Below are positions 34,109-44,800 of a DNA stretch of 64,000 nt, in pieces. The DNA lies in contig CAVWLP010000003.1 of NCBI GenBank assembly GCA_963755915.1, positions 1,248,001-1,312,000 on the forward strand, given 5' to 3'. The position numbers and the translations under genes were made by a program. Position 1 is the stretch's first letter, and each line of letters opens with the position of its first letter. This stretch comes from an uncultured Phycisphaerales bacterium. GTDB lineage: Bacteria > Planctomycetota > Phycisphaerae > Tepidisphaerales > Tepidisphaeraceae. The notes under the pieces are model-generated. The model saw nothing but the letters and a program-made list of their open reading frames with translations. It searched no databases and was not told where the DNA came from.

Positions 34109-34896
34109 TTTTCATTGCGGAACCATATCGGGAGATTCTTGGGGGGATCGCGAAAGAGCCCCGGCGGATTTTTGACGATCCGGCGATCGTGCCGTGGCGG
34201 ACGCTGGAGGACCGGGAGAATTGCGTGTGGGAGATTGCCGGGGAAGGGAAGACGTTCCGGCTGCACGTGAAGCGATTTCGACGGCCACAGGACGCGTTGC
34301 ACGCGAAATCGGAGGCGCTGGGATATCGGGCGCTTCAGGAACGGCATATTCCCGCGGCGATGGTGGCGGCGTGGGGGCAACTGGCGGACGGACGAAGCTT
34401 TATTGCCACGGAGGATTTGGGGGCGTTCGAGCCGGCGGACAAGATGGTGGAGGGGGGATTTTCGTTTGAGCGAATTTTGAATCCGACGGCGGAACTGGCG
34501 GCGGCGCTGCACAATTCAGGGCTGCATCATCGGGACCTTTATCTGTGTCATTTCATGGTGAGCAATCATGCGGATCGGCAGCCGGAGATACGGTTGATCG
34601 ACGCGATGCGGGTGCGCGAGCTGCCTGGTCCGCTGACGCGGCGGAGGTGGATTGTGAAGGACCTGGCGCAGTTCTGGTTCAGCACGACGCGGTTGCCGAT
34701 CAGCGACTTGCAGCGGGATGCGTGGCTGTCGACGTATGTCGAGCGGACGAAAATGGGGGGCGCGGATCGGCTGCGGGGGGCGATCGTTCGGAAAAGCAAT
34801 GCGATCAGGGCGCACGATCGGCGGCTGAGGATTCGGGAGCCGGGAAGGAATATTTCGATTCCGAATCCCCAGCGGTCGAGTAACCCGGCAATTTAG
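34105..34896 (+). CDS. LPS kinase, WaaP/InaA/Kdo family
   Basis: VKR, HHRDLYLCHF, LID, RWIVKDLAQ; GTG start overlaps the purU stop. Confidence 0.85.
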   Translation: MIFIAEPYREILGGIAKEPRRIFDDPAIVPWRTLEDRENCVWEIAGEGKTFRLHVKRFRRPQDALHAKSEALGYRALQERHIPAAMVAAWGQLADGRSFIATEDLGAFEPADKMVEGGFSFERILNPTAELAAALHNSGLHHRDLYLCHFMVSNHADRQPEIRLIDAMRVRELPGPLTRRRWIVKDLAQFWFSTTRLPISDLQRDAWLSTYVERTKMGGADRLRGAIVRKSNAIRAHDRRLRIREPGRNISIPNPQRSSNPAI

Positions 34897-34897
34897 A

Positions 34898-35269
34898 TTA
34901 TCGGCGGGAAACCATGGCGAGGGCGTCGGGGCGGGTTTTGACGATGGTGAAGAGGCGTTCGAGGCAGCAGGTTCGGAAGATGCGCAGGAGCTGCGGGGAC
35001 ATGCCGCAAAGGATGAGGGTTCCGCCGCCGGAGCGGATGCGCTTGCGCATGTTGACGAAGAGGCCGAGCATGGAGCTGCCCATGTATTCGACCTGGCTGA
35101 GATCGACGACCCAGAACTGGGCGCGCTTGGGGTCGAGGGCGCCCAGGACGGAATCGATAAGGCCGTCGATTTCCATGCTGTCGAGAATCGGAGGTAGATT
35201 AAATTGCAGAATATTAGCGGAGGAATCCTGGGTGATCTGGAATCGCTGGGGCATTGGTTCAGATAACAA
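34898..35269 (-). CDS. STAS-domain anti-sigma factor antagonist
   Basis: VVDLSQVEYMGSSMLG, GG.L.LCG, IFRTCCLERLF. Confidence 0.88.
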   Translation of the reverse strand: MLSEPMPQRFQITQDSSANILQFNLPPILDSMEIDGLIDSVLGALDPKRAQFWVVDLSQVEYMGSSMLGLFVNMRKRIRSGGGTLILCGMSPQLLRIFRTCCLERLFTIVKTRPDALAMVSRR

Positions 35270-35275
35270 TATCGT

Positions 35276-36376
35276 CTATCTGACCTGAAGACTATCAGAA
35301 TCGTAAACGATGCCGAGTGGAGCGATCTCGACGGCTTTTCGGACGCCGTCTTTGACGACTTTACCGGCATTCCAGGCGTTGAACTGGACAGCCTGGGCAG
35401 CGGCGAGGCAGGCGGAAACATCGGCCGGGGCGACGTAGGCGGCGAAGCCGGCGCCCATGTTGAAGGTGGCGTAGGCCTCGCGCGTGTCGACGGGGCCGTG
35501 TTTTTGGATGAAACTAAAGATGGGGGGAACGGGGGGTAAAGCGGTGATGCGATAGACGAAGGGTTCGGGGAGGCGCATCAGTTTTCGCCAGCCGTGGCCG
35601 GTGATGTGGGAGAGGTATTTGAGGCGCAGGCCGCGGCGCTGACATTCGGCGACGAAGGGGACGTAGATGGCGGAGGGATCGAGGAGGGCCTGGCCAAAGG
35701 GGCGGCCGTCGTCGATGGGGGTCCGATAACCATCGGGAAGTTTTGCGGCGAGGGCGCGGCAGAGGGTGAGGCCGTTGGTGTGAACGCCGGTGCTGGCAAT
35801 GAGGATGATGGCGTCGCCGTCGGCGATGTCGCCGGCGATGCGAAGAGATTTGGGGCGGATTCGACCGAGGGCGGAGCCGGCGAGGACGATGGTTTGGGGA
35901 TCGACGATGCCGGAAAGGGCGGGCGTTTCGCCACCGGCCCAGACGGCGCCGGCACGGCGGCAGCCTTCGGCGAAGCCGGAGGCGAGATCTTCAGCGCGGG
36001 CGGTGTTGGCGAACCAGGAGGAGTCGCCTACGGCGGCGTGCATGGCGACGGAGATGGGGAGTGCGCCGGTGGTGACCAGGTCGTTGACGATGGTGGCGAC
36101 GGTGTCGATGCCGATGTTTGCGTAATAACTTTTGCCGGTGAGCTGGAGCATGGCGTCGGCGACGAGATTTTTGGTGCCGAGGCCTTCCTCGACGTGGGCG
36201 AGGAATTCATCGGGGGTTTCGAGGAGATAGGCGCTTTCGCCGCGGATGCCCTGGGGCTCGGTGAGGCCGTGGGATTTGAGGGCGGGTATGGTGGTGGCGG
36301 CGGCGCGCTGGCAGGCGCGTTTGAAGGCGTCGAGGGGGCCGTAGTCGACGCCGGCGGATTCGTAGGTGAGGGCCAC
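35276..36376 (-). CDS. purM: AIR synthase (PurM-like, divergent type)
   Basis: YESAGVD, EGLGTK (variant of DGVGTK), VNDL, GGETP, STGVHTNG, HITGHG, TFNMGAG. Confidence 0.8.
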   Translation of the reverse strand: MALTYESAGVDYGPLDAFKRACQRAAATTIPALKSHGLTEPQGIRGESAYLLETPDEFLAHVEEGLGTKNLVADAMLQLTGKSYYANIGIDTVATIVNDLVTTGALPISVAMHAAVGDSSWFANTARAEDLASGFAEGCRRAGAVWAGGETPALSGIVDPQTIVLAGSALGRIRPKSLRIAGDIADGDAIILIASTGVHTNGLTLCRALAAKLPDGYRTPIDDGRPFGQALLDPSAIYVPFVAECQRRGLRLKYLSHITGHGWRKLMRLPEPFVYRITALPPVPPIFSFIQKHGPVDTREAYATFNMGAGFAAYVAPADVSACLAAAQAVQFNAWNAGKVVKDGVRKAVEIAPLGIVYDSDSLQVR

Positions 36377-36454
36377 GTCTATTTCTTATTGGAAGACGGG
36401 GTGAATGCCAAGTGTCGCATGTGAGCAGCATAGTCTTGGGGTAAGATGAGGGGT

Positions 36455-37299
36455 ATGCAGCGACTGGCTTTTTCGACCAATGCATTCAAGAAAAATACGC
36501 TTGCCGAGGCGATTGAGGCGATTGCGGCGGCGGGATATGGCGGGGTGGAATTGATGGCGGATGTACCGCATGCGTATCCCCCGTCGTTTGATTCTGAAGC
36601 GCGGATGATGACGAAAAAGCGTTTGGGCGAGTTGGGGCTGGGGGTGAGCAACATCAACGGGTTTACGCTGTTCGCGGAGGGGGACACGTATCATCCGAGC
36701 TGGATCGAGGAGGACGATCGCCGGCGCGAGGTGCGCGTGGAACACACGATGGGTTGCATTGAGCTGGCGAATGCGATGGATTGCCGGACGGTGAGCCTCC
36801 AGCCGGGGGGGCCGATGATTGGGACGACGATCGATCGGAAGACTGCGGGGGAGCGATTCGCGGAGGGATTGGAGAGGCTTTTGCCGCTGGCGCAGCGGCA
36901 TGGCGTGACACTTTGCATCGAGCCGGAGCCGGGGTTGTTTATTGAGACATCCACCGAATATATGGAGTTTAAGAAGGAGTTTTTTAAGGGGGAGGCTGGC
37001 GTGCGGATGAACTGCGACATCGGGCATTTGTTTTGTGTGGGGGAAGACCCGGCGGAGGTCATCCGGTCGATGCCGGGGGAGATTGTTCATGTTCATCTGG
37101 AGGATATTGGGAAGAACCGGGTGCATCAGCACCTGGCGCCGGGGAAGGGGGCGATTGATTTTGGGTCGGTTTTTGGGCGCTGCGGGAGATTGGGTATGGG
37201 GGGTGGGTGACGGTGGAGCTTTATCCTTACGAAGCTACGGCGGGGGAAGTGGCGAAAAGGGCATTCGATTATCTCAAGTCGATCGTCGGTTCTGCGTGA
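36455..37299 (+). CDS. Sugar phosphate isomerase/epimerase TIM-barrel protein (frameshift near 37175)
   Basis: GYGGVEL, IEPEPG, DIGH, HVHLED, HLAPGKGAIDF; second frame reads GYGGWVTVELYPY...KSIVGSA stop at 37299. Confidence 0.85.
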
Positions 37300-37343
37300 A
37301 ATTCGCCTGTCGCGAGGCCAGCCCGTAGAATTGAGGATTCGCT

Positions 37344-38626
37344 ATGGACTTTTTCAATTACAAGAACGGCGAGCTTTATTGCGAAGATGTACCCGCGGAC
37401 AAAATTGCGCGCGACGTCGGGACTCCGGCGTATGTTTATTCAAAGGCGACGTTTCTGCACCATTACCGGCAGATTGCAGAGGCGTTTGCAGAGCTGAAGC
37501 CGACGATCTGCTTTTCGGTGAAGAGCTGCGGGAATATCCACATTCTGAGAATGCTGGCCCAGGAGGGGTGCAGTTTTGACGTGACCAGCGGCGGGGAGCT
37601 TTTCCGGCGCTAAAGGCGGGGGGCAAGGCGAAGGACATCATCTACGCGGGCGTGGGAAAGACGGATCAGGAGATCGCGGATGCGATCAACGCGGGGATCG
37701 CGGCGTTCAACCTGGAGTCGGAAGCGGAAATTGAGAATATCGACCGCGTCGCCAGGTCGCTTGGCAAGACCGCGGTGGGCGCGATCCGCATCAACCCTGA
37801 TGTCGACGCGAAAACGCACGTCAAGACGAGCACCGGGAAAAAAGGGGACAAGTTCGGCGTGGACATCGAACGCGCCCAGCGTGTTTTTGCCCAATATCGC
37901 GATTTGAAAAACCTTCGCGTGGCGGGAGTGCATATTCACATCGGCTCGCCGGTCAATCAGATTGAGCCGTATGTGGAAGCCGTTCGGAAAATCACCGCAC
38001 TGGCGGACGATCTGATCGAGCGCGGGTACGCGATCGAATGGTTCGACATGGGAGGCGGCTTCGGCGTGAACTACGAGCGCCCGGACCAGGCGCTTCCGGT
38101 CACGCAGCATGCGAAGGCGCTGATTCCGCTGCTGAAGGATAAGCCCTACAAGCTCGCGCTCGAGCCCGGCCGGTACATCGCCGGAAACGCGGGCATTCTT
38201 CTGACGCGCGTTCTCTATCGCAAAACGAGTGGCGAGAAGAAATACGTCATCGTGGATGCGGGGATGAACGACCTGATCCGGCCGACGTTGTATGAGAGTT
38301 ATCACTATATCTGGCCGGTGAAGCCGGACGCGGGGAACGTGCCGAATCAGCGGAACCGGGCGGCGGAGCCGCAGGGGGGAGAAATCGTGGACGTGGTGGG
38401 GCCGATTTGCGAGAGCGGGGATTATCTTGCGAAGAATCGGCCGTTGCCGGAGACGAAGCGCGGGGATCTGCTGGCGGTATTCACGGCGGGAGCCTATGGA
38501 TTCGCGATGAGCAGCAATTACAACAACCGGCCGCGCGCGCCGGAAGTGCTGGTGGAGGGGGATCGGTATCGCATTATCCGGCGGCGGGAAACGCTGGATG
38601 ATCTGATCGCGCCGGAACTCGTCTAG
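37344..38626 (+). CDS. lysA: Diaminopimelate decarboxylase (frameshift near 37606)
   Basis: GTPAYVYS, FSVKS, DVTSGGEL, RINP, KFG, HIHIGS, GGGFG, EPGR, GPICESGD, GAYG..MSSNYN. Confidence 0.93.
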
Positions 38627-38638
38627 AGCGTGCTCTAT

Positions 38639-40150
38639 ATGCAGGAAGCGGAGATCAATATCGAGCAGTCGCTGCGCGTTGCGCTGGGGCATCACCAAGC
38701 GGGGAGGCTGAAGGAAGCGAGGGAAATTTACCGGCAAATATTGGCGGCAAATCCGCAGCAGTGTGATGCGCTGCGGCTGATGGGGATGATCGCGCGGCAG
38801 GAGGGACGCGCGGAGGAGGCGGTGGATTGGATTCGGCGGTCGGTGGCGAGCGATCCCAGCCGGGCGGAGGGGCATCATAATCTGGGGGATGCGCTGAGAA
38901 GCGCGGGGAAGCGGGAAGAGGCGATTGTGGAGTATCGGAAGGCGATTGTGCTTCAGCCGGGCTGGGCGGAGGCGCATGGGGCGATGGGGGAGGCGCTGCG
39001 CGAGCAGGGGAAACTGGAGGAGGCGCTGGAGGCGTTTCGGAAGGTGGTGCAAATCAACCCGTCGATGCCGGCGGGATATCTGGCGCTGGGCAAGACGTAT
39101 CACGCGCAGGGGGAGCGAGGCAAGGCGCTGGCAGCGCTGGCGACGGCGATTCAGCTTCGGCCGAATTCGGTGGATGCGCATTACTGGCTGGGAAATGTGC
39201 TATGGGACGAGGACCGGATAGGGGACGCGATTACGGCATATAAGAAGGCGCTGGAGATCAATCCGGCGTTTGCATCGGCGAACTGGAATATCGGCAAGAT
39301 CTATATGCGGCAGGGGAAGCTTGAAGACGCGGTGATTTATTTCCGGCGGGCGGCGGAGATGAACCCGACGAATGCCAAGGCGCATTTTTTCCTGGGACAT
39401 ATATTGAAGAAGGCGGGACGACTGCCGGAGGCGGAAGCGGCGTTCCGGGAGGCGATGCGGCTGAAGCCGGATACGCCGGACTGGAAATTCAGGCTTTCGG
39501 CGCTGAGCGGGGACCGGCTGACGACGACGACGCCCCCGCAGTATGTGCGCGAGCTTTTTGATGAATATGCGGCGAAATTCGACAAGCATCTGGTGGAAAA
39601 GCTGAATTACCGCGGCCCGCAGCAATTGCTAGATGCGGTGCGCGCGGTGACGGCGCGGCAGGGGATGGACGTGCTGGACCTGGGGTGCGGGACGGGATTG
39701 TGCGGCGTGGCGATTCGTCCGCTGGCGCGGCGGCTGGTGGGGGTGGACCTTTCGCCAGCGATGCTGGCGGAGGCGCGGCGGAGGGGGATTTATGACGAGC
39801 TGATTAATGGCGAGCTTGTGCAGGCGATGGGCGGGATCAAAGAACAGTTTGATCTGATCATTGCGGGGGACGTGCTGATTTACGTGGGCGATTTGTCGGG
39901 ATTCATGCCGGCCGCGGCGGGGCTTCTGCGAAGCGGCGGGCTGATGGCGTGCTCGGTTGAAGAATATGACGGGACGGGATTTTTTCTGCACAGCGAGGAG
40001 CGGTTTGCGCATTCGCTGGCTTATATGCGCGACATGGGAGCGCCGTGCGGTCTTTCGGAGGTGGCGGCGACGAAAGTGGCGCTGAGGCGCAATGCGAGCG
40101 TGGATGTGCCGGGTTGGGTTGTGGTGATGGCGAAGGGTAATTCCGTTTGA
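38639..40150 (+). CDS. TPR-repeat protein with C-terminal class I SAM methyltransferase, copy 1
   Basis: Multiple TPRs; LFDEYAAKFD.HLVEKLNYRGP; LDLGCGTG; GVDLS..ML; RFAHS. Confidence 0.9.
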   Translation: MQEAEINIEQSLRVALGHHQAGRLKEAREIYRQILAANPQQCDALRLMGMIARQEGRAEEAVDWIRRSVASDPSRAEGHHNLGDALRSAGKREEAIVEYRKAIVLQPGWAEAHGAMGEALREQGKLEEALEAFRKVVQINPSMPAGYLALGKTYHAQGERGKALAALATAIQLRPNSVDAHYWLGNVLWDEDRIGDAITAYKKALEINPAFASANWNIGKIYMRQGKLEDAVIYFRRAAEMNPTNAKAHFFLGHILKKAGRLPEAEAAFREAMRLKPDTPDWKFRLSALSGDRLTTTTPPQYVRELFDEYAAKFDKHLVEKLNYRGPQQLLDAVRAVTARQGMDVLDLGCGTGLCGVAIRPLARRLVGVDLSPAMLAEARRRGIYDELINGELVQAMGGIKEQFDLIIAGDVLIYVGDLSGFMPAAAGLLRSGGLMACSVEEYDGTGFFLHSEERFAHSLAYMRDMGAPCGLSEVAATKVALRRNASVDVPGWVVVMAKGNSV

Positions 40151-40226
40151 ATGCCGCGAGAGTTCTTGATATTGCCACTGGGCGTCGATAGGTTCGGTCG
40201 ATGGGAAGGTATGAGAGAAGTTTGGA

Positions 40227-40316
40227 GCGCCGGAGGTTTTGGTGAAGGGGAATCGTGTTCGGGTCAACCGCAGGCGCGGTACGCCGGATGATCTGATCGC
40301 GGCGGAAATGGTTTGA
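40227..40316 (+). pseudogene. Degenerate duplicate of the last 90 bp of lysA
   Basis: Reads APEVLVKGNRVRVNRRRGTPDDLIAAEMV* versus lysA APEVLVEGDRYRIIRRRETLDDLIAPELV* (38537-38626). Confidence 0.85.
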
Positions 40317-41819
40317 ATGCCGCAAGAGCAAATCAATATCGAGCAATCGCTGCGAAATGCACTGTCGCTTCACGCGGCTGGAAAGCTGACAGAGGCCGGG
40401 GAGATTTATCGCCAGATCCTGGCGGCCAGCCCGACACATTACGATGGGCAGCGGCTGCTGGGGGTGGCGGCGATGCAGGAGGGTCGGCTCGAAGAGGCCG
40501 AGCAATTGATCCGCGGGGCGATCGCGCGTGATCCGAAACGGGCAGAGGGTTACCACAATCTTGGCGATGTTCTGCGCCGCGGAAAGAGGAATGAAGAGGC
40601 GATCGCCTCGTATCGGAAATCGATCGAGCTTCAGCCCAACTGGGCGGAGGCGCACGCGGCGCTGGGAGATACACTGCGCGAGATGGGGCAGGTGGATCAT
40701 GCGGCGGAGGAGTTTCGGAAAGTCGTCGAGCTGAAGCCGCAGTTTGCCGCGGGTCACCTGGCGGTAGCGAAGATGCTGCACGCGAAGGGCGAGCGGGCGG
40801 CGGCGCTGGCGGCGATTGCAAAGGCGCTGCAGTTGAGAGCGGATTATCCGGATGCGTATGACTGCATGGGGAACGTGCTGTGGGAAGAGGGGCGAGTGGA
40901 CGAGGCGATCGAGGCATATTCCAACGCGCTGCGGATCGACCCGTCGTGCGTGCAGGCGAACTCACACATGGGCAAAATTCTCGTGCAGCGGCAGCGGATC
41001 GGCGAGGCGCTCATCTACGTCCAACGGGCAGTCGAATTGGAACCGAAGAATGCGGAAGCCTATTTTTTTCTGGGGCACGTGCTGGCGCGGTCGGGAAGGA
41101 AGGAGGAGGCGCTGGAAACGTTCAGGCAGGGAATGCGGCTGGATCCGAACGCGCACACGTGGAAGTTTCGGGTTTCGGCGCTCAGCGGCGACGGAATGAC
41201 AAAAACTGCGCCGGCGGATTACGTGCGGGGTCTGTTTGACAGATATGCGTCAGATTTCGAGAAGCATCTCGTGGAGAAGCTGAATTACCGCTCGCCGGAG
41301 CATATTTTTGAGGCGGTGAAACAGGCGACCCAACGCAACGAGCTGGACGTGCTGGATGCCGGGTGCGGCACGGGCCTGTGTGGCAAGCTGTTTCGACCGA
41401 TGGCGCGTCGCCTGGTGGGCGTGGACCTGTCGCCGGCGATGATTGTGGAGGCCACGCGGAGCGGGATCTATGACGAGCTGATTACTGGAGAAGTCGTGGA
41501 GGCGATGGGGGCGATGAAAGAGCAGTTTGATCTAATCGTTGCGGGAGATGTGCTGGTTTACGTGGGAGATTTGTCCGGGTTTATGCCGGCCGCGGCGGGG
41601 CTACTGCGAAGCGGCGGAATGCTGGCTTGCTCGATCGAAACTTATCTTCAAGAGGGATTTATCCTGCACAGGGAGGAGCGGTTTGCCCACTCGCTGGGGT
41701 ACATGCGGGAGATGGCGTCGGCGTCAGGCCTGAAGGAGATATCGGCAACACTGGTGGCGCTGCGGCGGCACGGAGAGATTGACGTGCCGGGGTATATCAT
41801 CGTGGTGGGAAAGACATAA
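40317..41819 (+). CDS. TPR-repeat protein with C-terminal class I SAM methyltransferase, copy 2
   Basis: Collinear paralogue of 38639-40150 (INIEQSLR, LDAGCGTG, GDVLVYVGDLSGFMPAAAGLLRSGG). Confidence 0.9.
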   Translation: MPQEQINIEQSLRNALSLHAAGKLTEAGEIYRQILAASPTHYDGQRLLGVAAMQEGRLEEAEQLIRGAIARDPKRAEGYHNLGDVLRRGKRNEEAIASYRKSIELQPNWAEAHAALGDTLREMGQVDHAAEEFRKVVELKPQFAAGHLAVAKMLHAKGERAAALAAIAKALQLRADYPDAYDCMGNVLWEEGRVDEAIEAYSNALRIDPSCVQANSHMGKILVQRQRIGEALIYVQRAVELEPKNAEAYFFLGHVLARSGRKEEALETFRQGMRLDPNAHTWKFRVSALSGDGMTKTAPADYVRGLFDRYASDFEKHLVEKLNYRSPEHIFEAVKQATQRNELDVLDAGCGTGLCGKLFRPMARRLVGVDLSPAMIVEATRSGIYDELITGEVVEAMGAMKEQFDLIVAGDVLVYVGDLSGFMPAAAGLLRSGGMLACSIETYLQEGFILHREERFAHSLGYMREMASASGLKEISATLVALRRHGEIDVPGYIIVVGKT

Positions 41820-41841
41820 TCGATAAGATTGGGGAAATTGC

Positions 41842-41870
41842 TTGAACTGAGACGGCGAGGCCGATAGGTT
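41842..41870 (+). promoter_or_regulatory. Sigma70-like promoter, probably for a leaderless transcript
   Basis: TTGAAC N17 TAGGTT, then 6 nt, then ATG at 41877. Same spacing in the duplicate at 40166-40194. Confidence 0.55.
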
Positions 41871-41876
41871 CTGGCG

Positions 41877-44800
41877 ATGGGAAGGTATGGGAGAAGATTA
41901 AAGTGCCGGCGGCATTGGGCGGTGATGGGAGTGGTGGAATCGCTGGAACGGCGGCTGCTTTTTTCCGCGACGCTGCTTGGGGATGCTTTTTATTATCCGC
42001 TGGGGGATTTTGATAACGCGGGGATTTCGCTGAACGGCGGCGCGGCGATCACACAGGCCAATTATTCGAACCAGCTTCAGCTTGCCGATGGGGGCACGAG
42101 CGAATCGCGCATGCGCGTTTACGACGCAGGAGTATTCGATCGCGCCGTTCGCGACGAATTTCAACGTACAGTTCAGCGGGGCGGGGACTTCGGGATTTGC
42201 GTTCGTCCTGCAGGGAAGCGGATCGACGGCCACGGGCGGAGGGAATGCGGGGTCGGATGGGATTGCCAATAGCGTGGCGATTGAGTTTCTTTCCACCTCG
42301 TCGGGAACGGAGACGGAGCTGAACGTGAACGGCGTGGCGACGACGCCGACGCTGATCAGCCCTTCGACGATTAATCTGGCGAACAATCATGTTTTGCTGG
42401 TGAGCGTTGAATATGACGGGAGCACGCTGCTGGTGAGCGAGAGCGACAGCCAGACGACGCTGACGCCGATCACGAGCTCGCAGACTTATACGAACGTGAA
42501 CATTGCCGGGGCGACGGGGAGCAAGGCATATGTTGGATTTACGGGGGCGGACGGATCGACGGGGGTTTCGCAACTGATTCAGAGCTGGGAATTTCAGGAT
42601 GTGACGCCGACCGATACGGATATTGGTTCGCCGTTGGTGGCGGGGACTTCGACTTATGCGGCGGGCGGGCAGTATACGGTGAAAGGAGCGGGGACGGGGG
42701 CGGGATCGACTTCAGATCAGTTTCATCTGACTTCTGAGGCGATCACGGGGAACATCACGATGGTGGGCGACGTGACGGTGCCGGCGTCGGGGTCGAAGAC
42801 TGTGGAAGGGCTGATGCTGCGGGAGGGGACGGCGGCGAATGCGGCGTTTGGGGAAGTGGATGTGACCGCGAGCGGCGTACAATTTATCTCGCGCTCCAGC
42901 GCGGGATTGGCGGATGTCGTCAGCTCGACGATTGCGGAATCGGGGACGCAGTGGCTGGAGCTGGTACGGGATGGGTCGATTGTAAGCGGATATGTGTCGA
43001 CGAGCGCGGGCGGGCCGTGGACGCTGGTGGGGACGGCGGCGGTGAATGGAACGAGCAACGCTCTGGCGGGGGTGGCGGTTGCGAGCGGGAGCTCGAGCAC
43101 GCTGGCGACGGCGACGTTCAGCGGGGTTTCCCTGACGGAGACGGCGTCGGTTGGGCTGGATACCGGGGTGGTGGTGCAGGAGACGTCGCCGATCTGGGTT
43201 GACATCGTCAAGCAGAGCGGCGGGTTTTACAACACGGCGGAGACAGCGCTGGCGCCGACCAACGCCAACGGCTGGCCAACCACGGATTTCAGCATTCCCG
43301 ATTTGTTGTCGGCGACGTCGGATGAGGACGGGACGTACAGCCTGGTGATGGACTTGAGCCAAAAACCTACCGTCACATTCAGCGGTGCGACGCTTTCCAA
43401 CGCCAGCTTCAATTCGACGACGGATGTTTATACGGCGAACGTCACGATTTCAGGCGTCGGCGGCGTTTCGATGGAAGTGACGGGAACGGGCAGCGGGATC
43501 ACGGGTTTGCAGATCATCAGTCCGGGATACAGCACGACGAATCCGCCGGTGTTTACGAATTCTTACCTCACCTATCTCCAGTCGCTGCATCCGAGCGTGC
43601 TGAGGTTCATGGACTTTACGCAGACGAACAGTAACCCGGTGCAGACCTGGGCGGAGCGATCGACGCCCGCGGACGCGACGCAGTACAACCTGGCGACGAT
43701 GTACAACTACAACGGGACGGTGTACGGGAATGGATTTTTTACGGGGGTCTGCTGGGAATATGCGATTGAGCTGGCGAACGCGGTTCACGCGGATATGTGG
43801 ATCAACATTCCTGAGCAGGCAAACGACAATTACGTGGAGCAGCTTGCGAGCCTGATTCAAAACGGGGACACGATCAACGGGGTGAAGTATCCGGGGCTAA
43901 ATCCGGACCTGAGCGTTTACGTGGAATATTCGAATGAGACGTGGGATGCGGGGTTTACGGTTTACCAGTATTCGCTGGACGCGGCGGTAACGGAAGTGAC
44001 GACCGATGCCCAGAATGGCACACAATCGAACCTGAATTACGACAATCTCCCGCTGACGGAGAGCAACGGGGTTTATGAATACGGCAACACGTGGCAGCAG
44101 CGATGGTGCGCGCGGCGGCTGCTGCAGATCAGCAACGATTTCGCCAGCGTCATGGGTGAATCAGCGATCAATACGCGGATCCGGCCGGTGCTGGCGAATA
44201 TTCCGATTCCTTCGGTGCAGGCGGGGCAACTGGCGTTCATCAATGCGGAGTATGGGGCGCCCGACCAATATTTTTATGCGGTGGCGACGGCGACGTATGC
44301 GAATATGAATGGGCCGTACAATGGGACCAATACGCTCAACGGGGGGAACAGCAATCCGAATCTGACGGCGGCGCAGGTGCTTCAGGACCTTTCGGCCAAC
44401 GGATATTTTCTGCCGTGGGCGCTTTACGACGAGCTGGATTCGGTGGCGCAGCAGTACGGCCTTCAGATGGACGCGTATGAGTCGGGGCCGGATCTTTCGG
44501 GGTATCAGGACACGGCCACGACAAAGATCACCGCGGAAACGAGCCCGCAGTTCAGCACTTTCCTGGAACAATATTACGAGAGCTGGTTTTCGACCGGCGG
44601 TGGGACAGCGATTTATTACACCGCGCAGGCGAGGTCGTGGGGGGATGAGTATGGGGATTTCCAGATCGCGGACACGCAGGAAGATTTGTTTGACGCGAAG
44701 GAAATAGGTTTCCGCGCGGTCGAGGAAGCAGAGCGCCCGGCGCTGGCGCCGGCGGTGCTGACGAGCCTGACGGCGACGACGGCGTCTTCGACGCAGGTGA

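Noticed and set aside
36377-36454. Riboswitch upstream of the purM-like gene
   Set aside because: Short divergent intergenic region with no recognisable ZTP or purine aptamer consensus.
38537-40316. Diversity-generating retroelement TR/VR pair or integration att duplication at the lysA 3' end
   Set aside because: Mismatches are not adenine-specific, there is no reverse transcriptase or integrase, and the flanks are fully explained by tandem duplication.
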